Source: a virus (taxonomy: Duplodnaviria > Caudoviricetes). Taken from it: a stretch of DNA of 51,418 nucleotides. The position numbers and the translations under genes were made by a program. The stretch spans positions 1-51,418 of the IMG/VR virus record IMGVR_UViG_3300024222_000008; one strand, given 5' to 3'. The notes beneath the pieces were generated by a model. The model had not been told where the DNA came from, did not search any database, and worked only from the letters and a program-made list of their open reading frames with translations. Below are positions 36,080 through 45,375 of the stretch, one piece after another (within the stretch, counting starts at the first letter, position 1; each line of letters begins with the position of its first letter).

Positions 36080-38412
36080 GGCGTCGGCATGCCCTGACTG
36101 CGCCCCGGCACCCGGGCGGGACCACCGGTCCCCGGACGGTTGCCGTTGGCGCCGTAGACCTGCAGCGGCGGCACGTGCGGCCCGAGTGGACCCTGGGTGC
36201 CCGGACCGGTCATCGCGTTGGCCATGCCGGCGGGTCCCTGCGCGGTCGGGTCCTGACCGGGGCCTGGCGGCCGCGGCGGTCCCCGTCCGGCCCCGGTTGG
36301 TCCCGGGTCCTCTTCCTGTCCCTGGCCTTGTCCCGGCGCCCCTGGCGGCGCCTGCGGCCGCCCCATGAGCTGGTTCAACGCCTCGATGCTGGGGGTGCCC
36401 TCGGCGAACGCCTCGGTCAGATCCACGTCATCGCCCATACGACGGATCAGCTGCCGCGCCAGCCATTCCGGCGAGATGCCGGGAATGCGTTGCAGCAAGG
36501 GCACCAGCTGGGTCAGGATCTGGACGTCTTCCTGGCGGTTGGGCGGGCCATTGGCGCCGACGTCCACCTCCAGCCAGACGTTGTCCGCCACCGATTGCGG
36601 GTCGAGCGCGGGCCACACCGCGCCTGGTCCCACCACCTTGGTGACGGTCTGCGGCGAGACGTTCAGCACCAGGATCTGCGAGGCGGCCTGCGCCAGCTCC
36701 GTCATGGTGTCGTTGATGTCGTCGACGGTGCTGGTGACGTCGGTGTTCTGCGAGAACTGCGCCACCGACACCTCGGTCGCCGTGGCGTTGCCCGATGTGG
36801 TCCCCTGGTCCGCCTGGTCTGAGCCAAGGACACGCAGAACGTCCTCGAACACCGGCGAGGTGTCATACACCGCGGCATCGATCGGCGGCATCTTGATGAC
36901 CTGCAGGACGTCGTCGATCTTCTGGCCGGGGGCCAGGGCGTTGAGTTCCAGGAGCGCGTTCGCCGGATGGGTGCGCAGCTTCTCCAGGTCAGGTTCTTCG
37001 AGCAAACCCGCCGCCACCGCGGTCTTCGGCCGGTTGGCCCGGCGATGCTCGCGCAGCCCCTGACGGGACCGGTTAAGTTCCAGCTGCATGTCGCGGATCA
37101 GGTCGATGTCAGACTGGGGATACAGGGTCTTTTCGTCATAACCCTCGTTCAGCACGATGGCGAACCAGGGCCAGAACCGGGTGATCTCGGCTTCCGGCGT
37201 GGTCGGCTCCTGCAAGAACTCAGGATAGCCGTCGCACACGACATACACCGTGCCGTCTTTGCGGTTGTAGATCTCCCAGACGCAGGCAAACGGCATGTCG
37301 GGGCCGTCATCAGCGTTGCTGCCGTAGCCGGCCTGGTAGTGCTGTTCGCCGGTCGGCTCGTGGCCGGTCGAATTGCCGTCCTCGTTGTAGGCGGTGTAGC
37401 TGCTGCCGACGTCGACCATGTAGATCTCTTCGATCTCGTCGGGGGTCAGCAGATATTCCTGCGCCACCCAGTTGGCGCCCAGGAAGCCGCGCAGGGACCG
37501 ACAGCGTGGATCAGGGATGATCGCCGTGCTGTCCGGGTAGTCGAACGACAGACCCTCGCGCACCACCAGCTGGCCTTCAGCGGTGAGGCTGCGGATCGCC
37601 AGTTTCAGTTCCTCGGCGTCGGCACTGTCCGGCTCGATCTCGCGGTCGGACAGATCCGACGCCAGACGCTCGATATGAGCCACACGCTCCGACATATCGG
37701 CGATGCGATGCTCGATCTCGGGCGCCATCTTCATCGCCCGCTGAAACCCCAGTTTGACGTAGCCGACCCCGGTCACGATGGACCGGCGTATCGACATTTT
37801 CATGGACGCCTTAAACGAGTGCGTCTGCTCCTGGATGTTATATTCGTAAAGCAGCTCCAGGGTCTTGCCGATCTTCTGCATGATCGCGTCGAACTGCTTG
37901 ACCTGCGCCGCGTCCTGCAGGATCGCCATGTTGTTGGGATCGGGCGGCATGCCGACCTGCGCCGCCGCCATGGCGGATTGCTGCGCCTGCACGAGTTGCT
38001 GTTCGCTGCCGTCCCAGGTCTGTGCGATCAGCTTGGTTTTGGTCTTCGCCTGCATGGTCGGGTTGTTGGGGTAGAGTTCCGCCGTGCGCTGCAGCACGTG
38101 GCGAATACAGATATTCGCCACGTAACGATCATCGCGCTTGCCGATCTCTTTGGAGAGATCAGGCCACTGGCGGCCTTCGACGAACTCCATGTTCTCGCGC
38201 ATGCGCTTGAACTGCACGCGCCAGTGCCGCTTGGCGCGTTTGACGCGGTCTTGCCAGCGGTTGACGAGTTTACGCCGCGGGTCATCCGGGTTGGGCCGGT
38301 CGCGCGGGACCATGGTGGCCTGGTCCGTGCCAGGGACCTGGGAGAGAGTTGGATCTGGTCCCTGCATAACGGGTGGTCCCGCGCCAGCAGCCGGTCCCAT
38401 AAAATCACTCAT
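36076..38412 (-). CDS. portal protein
   Basis: ~780 aa after terL; FVEGRQW, ATATEV motifs; Pro/Gly-rich tail. Confidence 0.85.
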   Translation of the reverse strand: MSDFMGPAAGAGPPVMQGPDPTLSQVPGTDQATMVPRDRPNPDDPRRKLVNRWQDRVKRAKRHWRVQFKRMRENMEFVEGRQWPDLSKEIGKRDDRYVANICIRHVLQRTAELYPNNPTMQAKTKTKLIAQTWDGSEQQLVQAQQSAMAAAQVGMPPDPNNMAILQDAAQVKQFDAIMQKIGKTLELLYEYNIQEQTHSFKASMKMSIRRSIVTGVGYVKLGFQRAMKMAPEIEHRIADMSERVAHIERLASDLSDREIEPDSADAEELKLAIRSLTAEGQLVVREGLSFDYPDSTAIIPDPRCRSLRGFLGANWVAQEYLLTPDEIEEIYMVDVGSSYTAYNEDGNSTGHEPTGEQHYQAGYGSNADDGPDMPFACVWEIYNRKDGTVYVVCDGYPEFLQEPTTPEAEITRFWPWFAIVLNEGYDEKTLYPQSDIDLIRDMQLELNRSRQGLREHRRANRPKTAVAAGLLEEPDLEKLRTHPANALLELNALAPGQKIDDVLQVIKMPPIDAAVYDTSPVFEDVLRVLGSDQADQGTTSGNATATEVSVAQFSQNTDVTSTVDDINDTMTELAQAASQILVLNVSPQTVTKVVGPGAVWPALDPQSVADNVWLEVDVGANGPPNRQEDVQILTQLVPLLQRIPGISPEWLARQLIRRMGDDVDLTEAFAEGTPSIEALNQLMGRPQAPPGAPGQGQGQEEDPGPTGAGRGPPRPPGPGQDPTAQGPAGMANAMTGPGTQGPLGPHVPPLQVYGANGNRPGTGGPARVPGRSQGMPTP

Positions 38413-38660
38413 CGGGCAGGCGTCCTCAGCATGCCGCCGCCCACAGCACACACGTAGAAATCATAACAAAACCAGATCAAAGCGATGATCACGATCACCG
38501 CGACGATGATCCGGATGATCTGCATGGCGACCCCGCCGGCCCAACCCAGCCAGCCCAGGACAATGGGAAGCAAGATCATTAAAATCGCCACGATGCCGCA
38601 GACGACCACCAGCCAAACCAGCGTCTGCACCAGCCAGAGGACCGAAAAGCACATCACCAC
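38409..38660 (-). CDS. small two-TM membrane protein (holin candidate)
   Basis: Very hydrophobic; overlaps both neighbours by a few nt. Confidence 0.65.
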   Translation of the reverse strand: MVMCFSVLWLVQTLVWLVVVCGIVAILMILLPIVLGWLGWAGGVAMQIIRIIVAVIVIIALIWFCYDFYVCAVGGGMLRTPAR

Positions 38661-40246
38661 CCTCCCCCGGCATAGCCGAGTTTCACGCTGCGCTCGGCCT
38701 GGTCGCGCTGCAGCTTGAGCCAGCCAAACGTGCGTTCCTCGTGAGCACCGCGATAACCGCCGTCCGGGTCATCGTCCTTACGAAGGGCGCCGGCCGGCAC
38801 CTGCAGGGTGAGGCCCAGGCCGATATAGGCAAGTGTATCTACGAAGTCGTCGTGCGCGTCATAGGGGAACTTCAGCATCTGGTCCCGCGCCGCCGGCCAC
38901 CAGGGCGCGCGTTCAGGGAAGCGCACACGGTTCATCGCGAGGCGCCCCTGGATGCTCTGTGCACGGGTCTGTTTGTCCGCGATCGGCTGCATCTCGATCA
39001 GCGAGCAGAACGTGTGCGTTTCCAACATGCGCTTGCGCAGAAAGGGTCCGATGGATTTGCTGATGTGACTGCGTTCCGCCCACCAGAACAGCGGCTTATG
39101 CAGCTTCATCATGCGCAGCATGCTCTCGACCGTCTGTTCGGCGGTCATCTGCCGCCATACCAGGTCAGGGAGGACCCAGATGGTGTCGTCCTTGTCCACG
39201 CCGATGACCAGAAGACAGGTCTTATCGCTGCCCTGTTTCAGTGCCACCGCGTGGTCTGAGGCCGCATAACAGCGCAAATTCGAGGGCAGGTCGTTGGGCT
39301 TGTAGGTGTGCAGCCAGTCGACCGAGAAGAACGTGCCGCCGGCAGGGGAAGGCCGCCCCTGATAGAGCGCGCTGAACCCCCGGTGGTCCCGCCGCTGCAG
39401 CGATTTGAGATACGTGGTCCCAAACCGGCCAGGCCAGAGCGGTTCATCGGTGTTGCGGTGGAGAGGATCTTTACCGTCATCGAACGCCAGCGCCGGCAGA
39501 TCGATGATATGCCACTCGGCGGCTTCTTCGGGATCATAGTAAGAGTTATGCGGGTCGGTGAGGCGCCCGATCAGATCGTCCTGGTGCCAGCGGGTCTGGA
39601 TCAGCAGGATCTTGCCGGTCTCATCCATCAGCCGGGTGGCGATGACCTGAGAGAACCAGGTCCACAGCGTGTCGCGGATCGTGGGAGAGTCCGCCTCCAT
39701 GCGGTCCTTGATCGGGTCATCGATGCACAGCAGATCGCCGCCGCGGCCAGTGGTGGTCCCGCCGCGGCCCACGAAGGCCAGAATGCCGCCCGCCGTGGTC
39801 TCCAACCGGTCGCTGGCCTGGCTGTCATCCTTGAGGATCGTCTCGGGAAACACCTGGGCGTAGGCCGGCGACAGCATGATGTCGCGCACCGCACGGCCGA
39901 TGTCCTGCGAGAACTTCTCGTTGTAGGTGCCGAAGATGGTGCTGAGTTCGGGATGCAGGCCGATGAACCAGGCGATGAACATCTTGGAAGCGAGCTGGGT
40001 CTTACCGTGACGCGGCGGCAGATTGATGATCAGACGTTTGATGCGGCCGGCGGCAAGCTCTTCCAGAGCCGCGCAGATCACTTCGTGAAACCGCTGCACC
40101 TCGTAGCGCGAGTGGTCCGGGTCATCAGGGAAACGCGGCGACGGCATCATCAAACGGGTGAACGCCAGCATCGACGTTTCCGCGTCGATGATCGCGATCA
40201 GCCGCTTGAGGACCAGTTCGTAACGCGTGAGGTCAGCCGCAAGCAT
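38654..40246 (-). CDS. terL: terminase large subunit
   Basis: PPRHGKT, TGRGGD..IDDP, QTRWH.DDL, ASD, HDDFVD motifs. Confidence 0.95.
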   Translation of the reverse strand: MLAADLTRYELVLKRLIAIIDAETSMLAFTRLMMPSPRFPDDPDHSRYEVQRFHEVICAALEELAAGRIKRLIINLPPRHGKTQLASKMFIAWFIGLHPELSTIFGTYNEKFSQDIGRAVRDIMLSPAYAQVFPETILKDDSQASDRLETTAGGILAFVGRGGTTTGRGGDLLCIDDPIKDRMEADSPTIRDTLWTWFSQVIATRLMDETGKILLIQTRWHQDDLIGRLTDPHNSYYDPEEAAEWHIIDLPALAFDDGKDPLHRNTDEPLWPGRFGTTYLKSLQRRDHRGFSALYQGRPSPAGGTFFSVDWLHTYKPNDLPSNLRCYAASDHAVALKQGSDKTCLLVIGVDKDDTIWVLPDLVWRQMTAEQTVESMLRMMKLHKPLFWWAERSHISKSIGPFLRKRMLETHTFCSLIEMQPIADKQTRAQSIQGRLAMNRVRFPERAPWWPAARDQMLKFPYDAHDDFVDTLAYIGLGLTLQVPAGALRKDDDPDGGYRGAHEERTFGWLKLQRDQAERSVKLGYAGGGW

Positions 40247-40254
40247 CAGGAATG

Positions 40255-40434
40255 TCAGGTGTAGATCGGCGGTGTGCCGCCGGCCGCGATCCAGTCGCGA
40301 TACCGCTGTTTTTGAATACGCATGATACCGACACCCATCGGCCGCGGGCCTGCCGCCAACGGCTCCGGCGCAGGGTCGGCGTCAGCCGGGGGTTTGACAG
40401 AGGGTTCGGCGGGAAGTTCCTTAGTCTTGGCCAT
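40255..40434 (-). CDS. small hypothetical protein MAKTKELP... (59 aa, not in ORF track)
   Basis: Manually translated; TGATG coupling; fills the gap. Confidence 0.6.
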   Translation of the reverse strand: MAKTKELPAEPSVKPPADADPAPEPLAAGPRPMGVGIMRIQKQRYRDWIAAGGTPPIYT

Positions 40435-40949
40435 CAGGGGGTCTCCGGCGGCGCGTCATCGATCACCGCGAACAGGTTGCTGTCAGTGAAAGTGTTCGGG
40501 TCCGCCCGCATGCGGGCACGAACGCGATAGTTGTCCCCGGGCGGCAGATACCAGGTCATGTCGAACGTGCCCCCGGCAGCATCCCACGGGGACCAGGTGG
40601 TGACCTGATTGAAGAACGCAGCGTCAGTGCCCTGCAGCGCCGCCAGCTCGATCTCGACGCCGGGGGTCACCGTGCCGGTGATCTGCACCGTGTGGGCCGA
40701 TGCCGGATTGGCGATCGGATCGATCGCGATGGCCGAGGGCGTGACGGTCAGATCGGGCATGAGAAGGGTGTTGTTACCGGGGAAACCACTTTGGCGGGCG
40801 GTGCCGACCCAGAGCCGCGGCACACCGCCCCCCGGCGGCAGCATCTCGACGAACAGATCACCGGGGGCAAGCGAACACGCCGCCGGCGGCAGGTAGCCGA
40901 GACGGTAGGTCGACATGAGTGTGACCATGGAATAGTCAGGCGCCGCCAT
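40434..40949 (-). CDS. hypothetical virion protein with beta-sandwich-like C-terminus
   Basis: P...LAPGDL fibre-type motif; beta-rich. Confidence 0.6.
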   Translation of the reverse strand: MAAPDYSMVTLMSTYRLGYLPPAACSLAPGDLFVEMLPPGGGVPRLWVGTARQSGFPGNNTLLMPDLTVTPSAIAIDPIANPASAHTVQITGTVTPGVEIELAALQGTDAAFFNQVTTWSPWDAAGGTFDMTWYLPPGDNYRVRARMRADPNTFTDSNLFAVIDDAPPETP

Positions 40950-40950
40950 A

Positions 40951-41169
40951 TCACTGATCTTTCCCGTTACCTTGCTGCCGCTGTGCGACGGTGTCCTCGC
41001 CGTTGCCTTGCATCATCGGCAGCAGTGATGTGCTTGCGGCCATGCACTGGCGCTGGATCGCCTCAATAAGCGGCGCAGCGATGCGATACGGCCCCTCGGA
41101 CAACAGCGCCATGACCGCGTTCCACTGCTGCGCTTCAAGAGTGACGGTCAAAGGTTGCTGCGGGGTCAT
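40951..41169 (-). CDS. small fibre-associated (chaperone-like) protein
   Basis: WNAVMALL..GPY...APLI..I..Q; follows a fibre gene. Confidence 0.6.
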   Translation of the reverse strand: MTPQQPLTVTLEAQQWNAVMALLSEGPYRIAAPLIEAIQRQCMAASTSLLPMMQGNGEDTVAQRQQGNGKDQ

Positions 41170-41177
41170 GGCGTCTC

Positions 41178-43070
41178 CTACGCGGCGCCAGCGGTGAGCG
41201 TGACATGCTGCCAGCCGCCGCCTGTATATACGTTTATGGTATTGGTGGTTTTGTTATAGATCAGGAACGGCGCTCCAGAGGCTGCGTTGGTTGGCACGCC
41301 GGTAGGCGTCCCGACGCACGCCGGCAGACCGAGGAAGCCAACGACAGCACTCGTTGCCAACGCTCCTGACGACACGAACACGTCGGTGGCGCCCTTATTC
41401 AACAGCAGCGCGCGGTTGCTGCTCCACGTCAACGTTGCCGTGCAACCCGAACCTGTCTGATTGCTGGCAGTCGTCTTGGACCCATTGGTCAACGTCACGG
41501 GATTGGCCGGAGGGGCCGCAGCAATGCCAGGTTTGATGATGGTCAGGGCCGTTACGGCCCCAGCCGTCACAGTGGCTTGATAGCGTCCTCCGCTCGCGTC
41601 GTTGAGCGTATCATTGTTCGTGTAGCCCGAGCCACCGGCTGCGACTGCAATCGCAGTGACCAACTGGTTCGGCACGTCCAAACTGACGCCAAGCGTCGTA
41701 GTCCCGAGTAGTGCATTGGAGAATGCCACATCAGCGGCAGCGAGTGTTATGTGGCCGTTGGCGTTGGTGGGGCCACCAACGTTGGTCGCGGTGAAAGCAT
41801 TACCGATATTGATCGTCGATCCAGTGTTGCTGGCCACCGTATCGAGCCCGTAGCCGATCAAGATGTTGTTGTTGCCACTCACCAGATTAGTCGAGGCGCA
41901 CAGCGGGCCAATGATGGTATTAAGCGTGCCCGTCGCCAGGTTCACGGCCGAAGCATTGCCGAATATACTATTGTGGTTACCGGTTGTGAGGCCAAGCCCG
42001 GCTTGATAACCGAACATATCGTTGGCGTTGCCGGTGGTGATATTGCGCCCGACCTGGAAACCGACGCCGGTCACCTGGGTTGCGGTGGTGAGGTTTTCGC
42101 CGGTCTGGGCGCCCACCAGCGTAAGAAAATTCCCAGCGAGGTTTGCTGAGCCGCCGCTATTGTAGCCGATAAAGGTGTCGTATGAGACGTTGGTGGCGAA
42201 TTGCCCTGTGGCGTGTCCGACGAAAGTGTTGGCCTGCACGAGCGCAGCACCATTGGTGCCAAGCAGATTGCCGGACTGCCAACCGATTGTGATGTTGAAA
42301 TTGAGCGTTCCCGTTACGGTGGCGTCGCCAGCCATTGCCGCATAACCAAGCGCTACGTTGTAACCTACGGTGGGAAGGACGGTGGAAGCATTGGCGCTGG
42401 GGTTGTTGTAGCGCATCGCGGCGAGGCCCATCGCCACGTTGAAGGAGAAATTGCCGTTGCGCATCACCTGTGCGCCGACACCAGTGTTGGAGCCGCCGCT
42501 ATTCCATGATCCGTTTTCCGGCGTGCCACGGAATGCGTCCATGCCGACAAAAGTTTGCAGGCTGGTAGCATAATTGATGCCCCAACCAGCGCCGTTGCCA
42601 ATCCAGGTATTGAAATTGCCGCTGGGCAAGTTCATACCCGCGGCGTAGCCGATAAACGTATTCTCGGCACTGCTGCCGTCAGTGAGCATGTTGCCAGCGA
42701 AATAACCGAACAGCGTGTTGTATTGATTTGCAGTGGTCGTCGTCAGTCTGGCACCAGCGCCAGCGCCGGCCAGCGTGTTTGACGTGATACGGGCGGGCTG
42801 GTTGTAAACTCCGAGCGGATCGACGCCGGCATCGATGGCCACGCCGTGATAATCCGAATATTGCTTAGTCACTGCATGAAGTGCTGCCGTGGGCGACCCT
42901 GAGAGCATAAGCGGCCCCGTGAGGGTGCCGCCGCTCAGCGGCAGGAACGGACCACCCGACCCGACATTGCCCAGCGCGCCCCATTTAGCGCCGTCCCAGA
43001 ACCAGCTGGCGCCGGACGGATCGCTGAACACCTGATTGGTCAGGGGGTTGTTGGGAAAATCGAGCGGCAT
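41178..43070 (-). CDS. tail fibre / beta-solenoid protein
   Basis: LDFP..P..NQ.F...WFWDGAKW start; many NTxxGxxAG repeats. Confidence 0.8.
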   Translation of the reverse strand: MPLDFPNNPLTNQVFSDPSGASWFWDGAKWGALGNVGSGGPFLPLSGGTLTGPLMLSGSPTAALHAVTKQYSDYHGVAIDAGVDPLGVYNQPARITSNTLAGAGAGARLTTTTANQYNTLFGYFAGNMLTDGSSAENTFIGYAAGMNLPSGNFNTWIGNGAGWGINYATSLQTFVGMDAFRGTPENGSWNSGGSNTGVGAQVMRNGNFSFNVAMGLAAMRYNNPSANASTVLPTVGYNVALGYAAMAGDATVTGTLNFNITIGWQSGNLLGTNGAALVQANTFVGHATGQFATNVSYDTFIGYNSGGSANLAGNFLTLVGAQTGENLTTATQVTGVGFQVGRNITTGNANDMFGYQAGLGLTTGNHNSIFGNASAVNLATGTLNTIIGPLCASTNLVSGNNNILIGYGLDTVASNTGSTINIGNAFTATNVGGPTNANGHITLAAADVAFSNALLGTTTLGVSLDVPNQLVTAIAVAAGGSGYTNNDTLNDASGGRYQATVTAGAVTALTIIKPGIAAAPPANPVTLTNGSKTTASNQTGSGCTATLTWSSNRALLLNKGATDVFVSSGALATSAVVGFLGLPACVGTPTGVPTNAASGAPFLIYNKTTNTINVYTGGGWQHVTLTAGAA

Positions 43071-43082
43071 CGCGCGATCCCC

Positions 43083-44924
43083 TCAGTTATGATTGATGAA
43101 GCTGGTGCATTGGTAGCCAAGCACCCGCCCGGCGATGAGACAGCCGCCGCGTATGATCAGATTGCCGGCGAACGTGTTGGCGCCGCACAGCGCTGGTGTG
43201 GTGCTCTGGTCAGCCACCATGCAAACTTTTGGGCCGGTTGCATCGCCGTTGGTCAGTGCGAAATTAAGCTGACATGAGGTGCTAGGGGACGTGCCAAGCG
43301 TGATGGCGCCTGCCTCATTGGTGCTGCCCAGGCTGAGTGATGCTCCGGTGCCGCATGCAGCGTTCAATGTCGGCGTGTTGGTGTTGTCGTTCATGGTGAT
43401 CCGCATGGTTGACGCCGATCCATCCGAGTTGGTGCGGCTGATGCGTGAATTGGTGCCCACGACGATCGGCGGCAGGCCGTCATAGGTTGCCTTCATGGTG
43501 ATCGCGTTGCCGGTGATCGGTGCCCGCGTGCTGATCGACATGGTGCCGGCAGATGTGGTCGCGGTTGCGGCACGGGTCAGGGTTACCTGGGTGGTGCTTT
43601 GGCAGGACAGAATACCGGTCAATGATGGGAGGAAGGTGTTTGCGAGAACCGCCTTGCCTACGTCTCCATTGGCGCCGCACTGGAAGTTCGCAGTCGCCGA
43701 TGTCAGCACCTTGCTGCCACTGGTGATCGTGGCGTCAGTGATCGTGCGTCCGAGCGTATAGGTCTGCGCCGTGCCCGACGCGGTGGCGTTGGCGGATAGC
43801 ACGATGTTCTGGAAGTCGGTCACGCTGACAATGGTTGTATTGGCCGGATAGTTGGCACTGGTCAGGAACTCTCCCACGTCATCAGCGGTGAACATTCCTT
43901 GCACTGACGAGAAATTCGGCGAACCCGATGTGGTGACGCCGTCCACGCCGCCGACGCCCTGGACGCCGACGCCGCCGCCGCCCAGGTTGGCGCCCCAGAG
44001 CGTGTTGGCGAACGGTGTGCGCCCGGTGTTGCGAGAGGTTTTATAAAGTATCATCGGCGCAGTCGTGGCAACAATCTGACCTTGTATGAAGTTGATGGTC
44101 ATGAAGTCGTTGCTATAGGCATCGCCCAGGATGATCCCCGGCTTTGGCCCGCTGTTCACTTGGAGGTTATTGAAGGTGTTGTAGCGGGTATCGATGATCC
44201 CGCCGGCCTGTCCGGCCGATGCCACACCGTCCAGCACCAGGGGCGTGCCGCTATACAGGTTATCCCAGTTGGTGCTTTCGACAATGCCGCTTTCGTTCTG
44301 TGCAAAGTTGCCCGATGGCGAGATGTCGGTGGGCAACATCCATAAGCCGATGTTGGTGCAGTTGGAGAAGAACAGCCGCCGCAATGTAAACGTCGCCACG
44401 CCATTCAGGATGATGCCGTTGCCGGCCCCATTCACGCCGATCGTGCCTTGTCCCCAGCATTGTATGGTGGCGTTTTCGAGTTGGAACGGCTGCACCAATT
44501 TAGAACCGGACGTGTAGGGTGTCGGCGGCACCACGCGAAACATCGTGCCGCCATCTGGCCCGATCCAACGGAATGTCGCCGACCACCAGCCGCCCTCGCC
44601 GACGAAGCCGGTGCCGTTGGCGGTGATGGTGATGGTATTGGACAGCAGGCACGTGCCGCGAAACGGCAGACGGAAAACCCGTGGCGTCGCGAGGTTCACC
44701 GCCGCCTGGATTGCTGCGGTGTCGTCGGTGGCATTGTCGCATTTGACGCCATAGTCACGGATGTTGGCGACGTTTGCCGCGCGATCTGCCTGCTTGATCC
44801 CGGTCGATGTGCCGGTTGCCGTGACCGTCGTGTTGGACATATCGCCGCCAACCGGCGACGGGGGTTGTCCGTGCGCCAGCAGCGGCAGCAGCAGTGCGGC
44901 CAGCAGGGCTAACGTGCGATACAT
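43083..44924 (-). CDS. beta-helix (pectate-lyase-3-like) spike protein with Sec-type signal peptide
   Basis: MYRTLALLAALLLPLLAHG; NIRDYGVKCDNATDDTAAIQAA; Cys-rich C-terminus. Confidence 0.75.
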   Translation of the reverse strand: MYRTLALLAALLLPLLAHGQPPSPVGGDMSNTTVTATGTSTGIKQADRAANVANIRDYGVKCDNATDDTAAIQAAVNLATPRVFRLPFRGTCLLSNTITITANGTGFVGEGGWWSATFRWIGPDGGTMFRVVPPTPYTSGSKLVQPFQLENATIQCWGQGTIGVNGAGNGIILNGVATFTLRRLFFSNCTNIGLWMLPTDISPSGNFAQNESGIVESTNWDNLYSGTPLVLDGVASAGQAGGIIDTRYNTFNNLQVNSGPKPGIILGDAYSNDFMTINFIQGQIVATTAPMILYKTSRNTGRTPFANTLWGANLGGGGVGVQGVGGVDGVTTSGSPNFSSVQGMFTADDVGEFLTSANYPANTTIVSVTDFQNIVLSANATASGTAQTYTLGRTITDATITSGSKVLTSATANFQCGANGDVGKAVLANTFLPSLTGILSCQSTTQVTLTRAATATTSAGTMSISTRAPITGNAITMKATYDGLPPIVVGTNSRISRTNSDGSASTMRITMNDNTNTPTLNAACGTGASLSLGSTNEAGAITLGTSPSTSCQLNFALTNGDATGPKVCMVADQSTTPALCGANTFAGNLIIRGGCLIAGRVLGYQCTSFINHN

Positions 44925-45352
44925 ACGAAGCCACCGTTGATGTAAAGATCGCCCGGCTTGGCGCCCACCGGAGGAGAACCATCAGGTTGAGCGCTGGGCA
45001 GTGCGGACAGGTTGAGCGGCCCGGTCACCGCGCCACCCGTCAGCGGCAGGAACGGGCCGCCCTCGACGGTGTTGTTGTTGGCGACGACCCATTGGATGCT
45101 GTTGCCGTCGTCGTAGCGTATATACAACTGCCCACCGGTTGCGTCCCACCACAACGCACCCGCCGGCATCAGCGTGGGCGGCGTCGCCGCCACCGTCACA
45201 GGGGTTACACTGGTGAACGCGGTCTCGACATTGCCGTCGACGATCTGCTTGACCGCCAGCACCTGCTGCGGGGCGGGCAGCGTCGTGACGTCCGGCAGCA
45301 CCGTGATGCCAAGACCGGCCGCCTGGGCGAGGTCGAAGTTGCGCGAGGCCAT
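44909..45352 (-). CDS. short fibre-module protein
   Basis: GALWWD..GQLYIRYDDGNSIQWV and FLPLTGG motifs. Confidence 0.7.
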   Translation of the reverse strand: MASRNFDLAQAAGLGITVLPDVTTLPAPQQVLAVKQIVDGNVETAFTSVTPVTVAATPPTLMPAGALWWDATGGQLYIRYDDGNSIQWVVANNNTVEGGPFLPLTGGAVTGPLNLSALPSAQPDGSPPVGAKPGDLYINGGFVCIAR

Positions 45353-45375
45353 CGTTCAGGGCGCCTTGAGGACGG

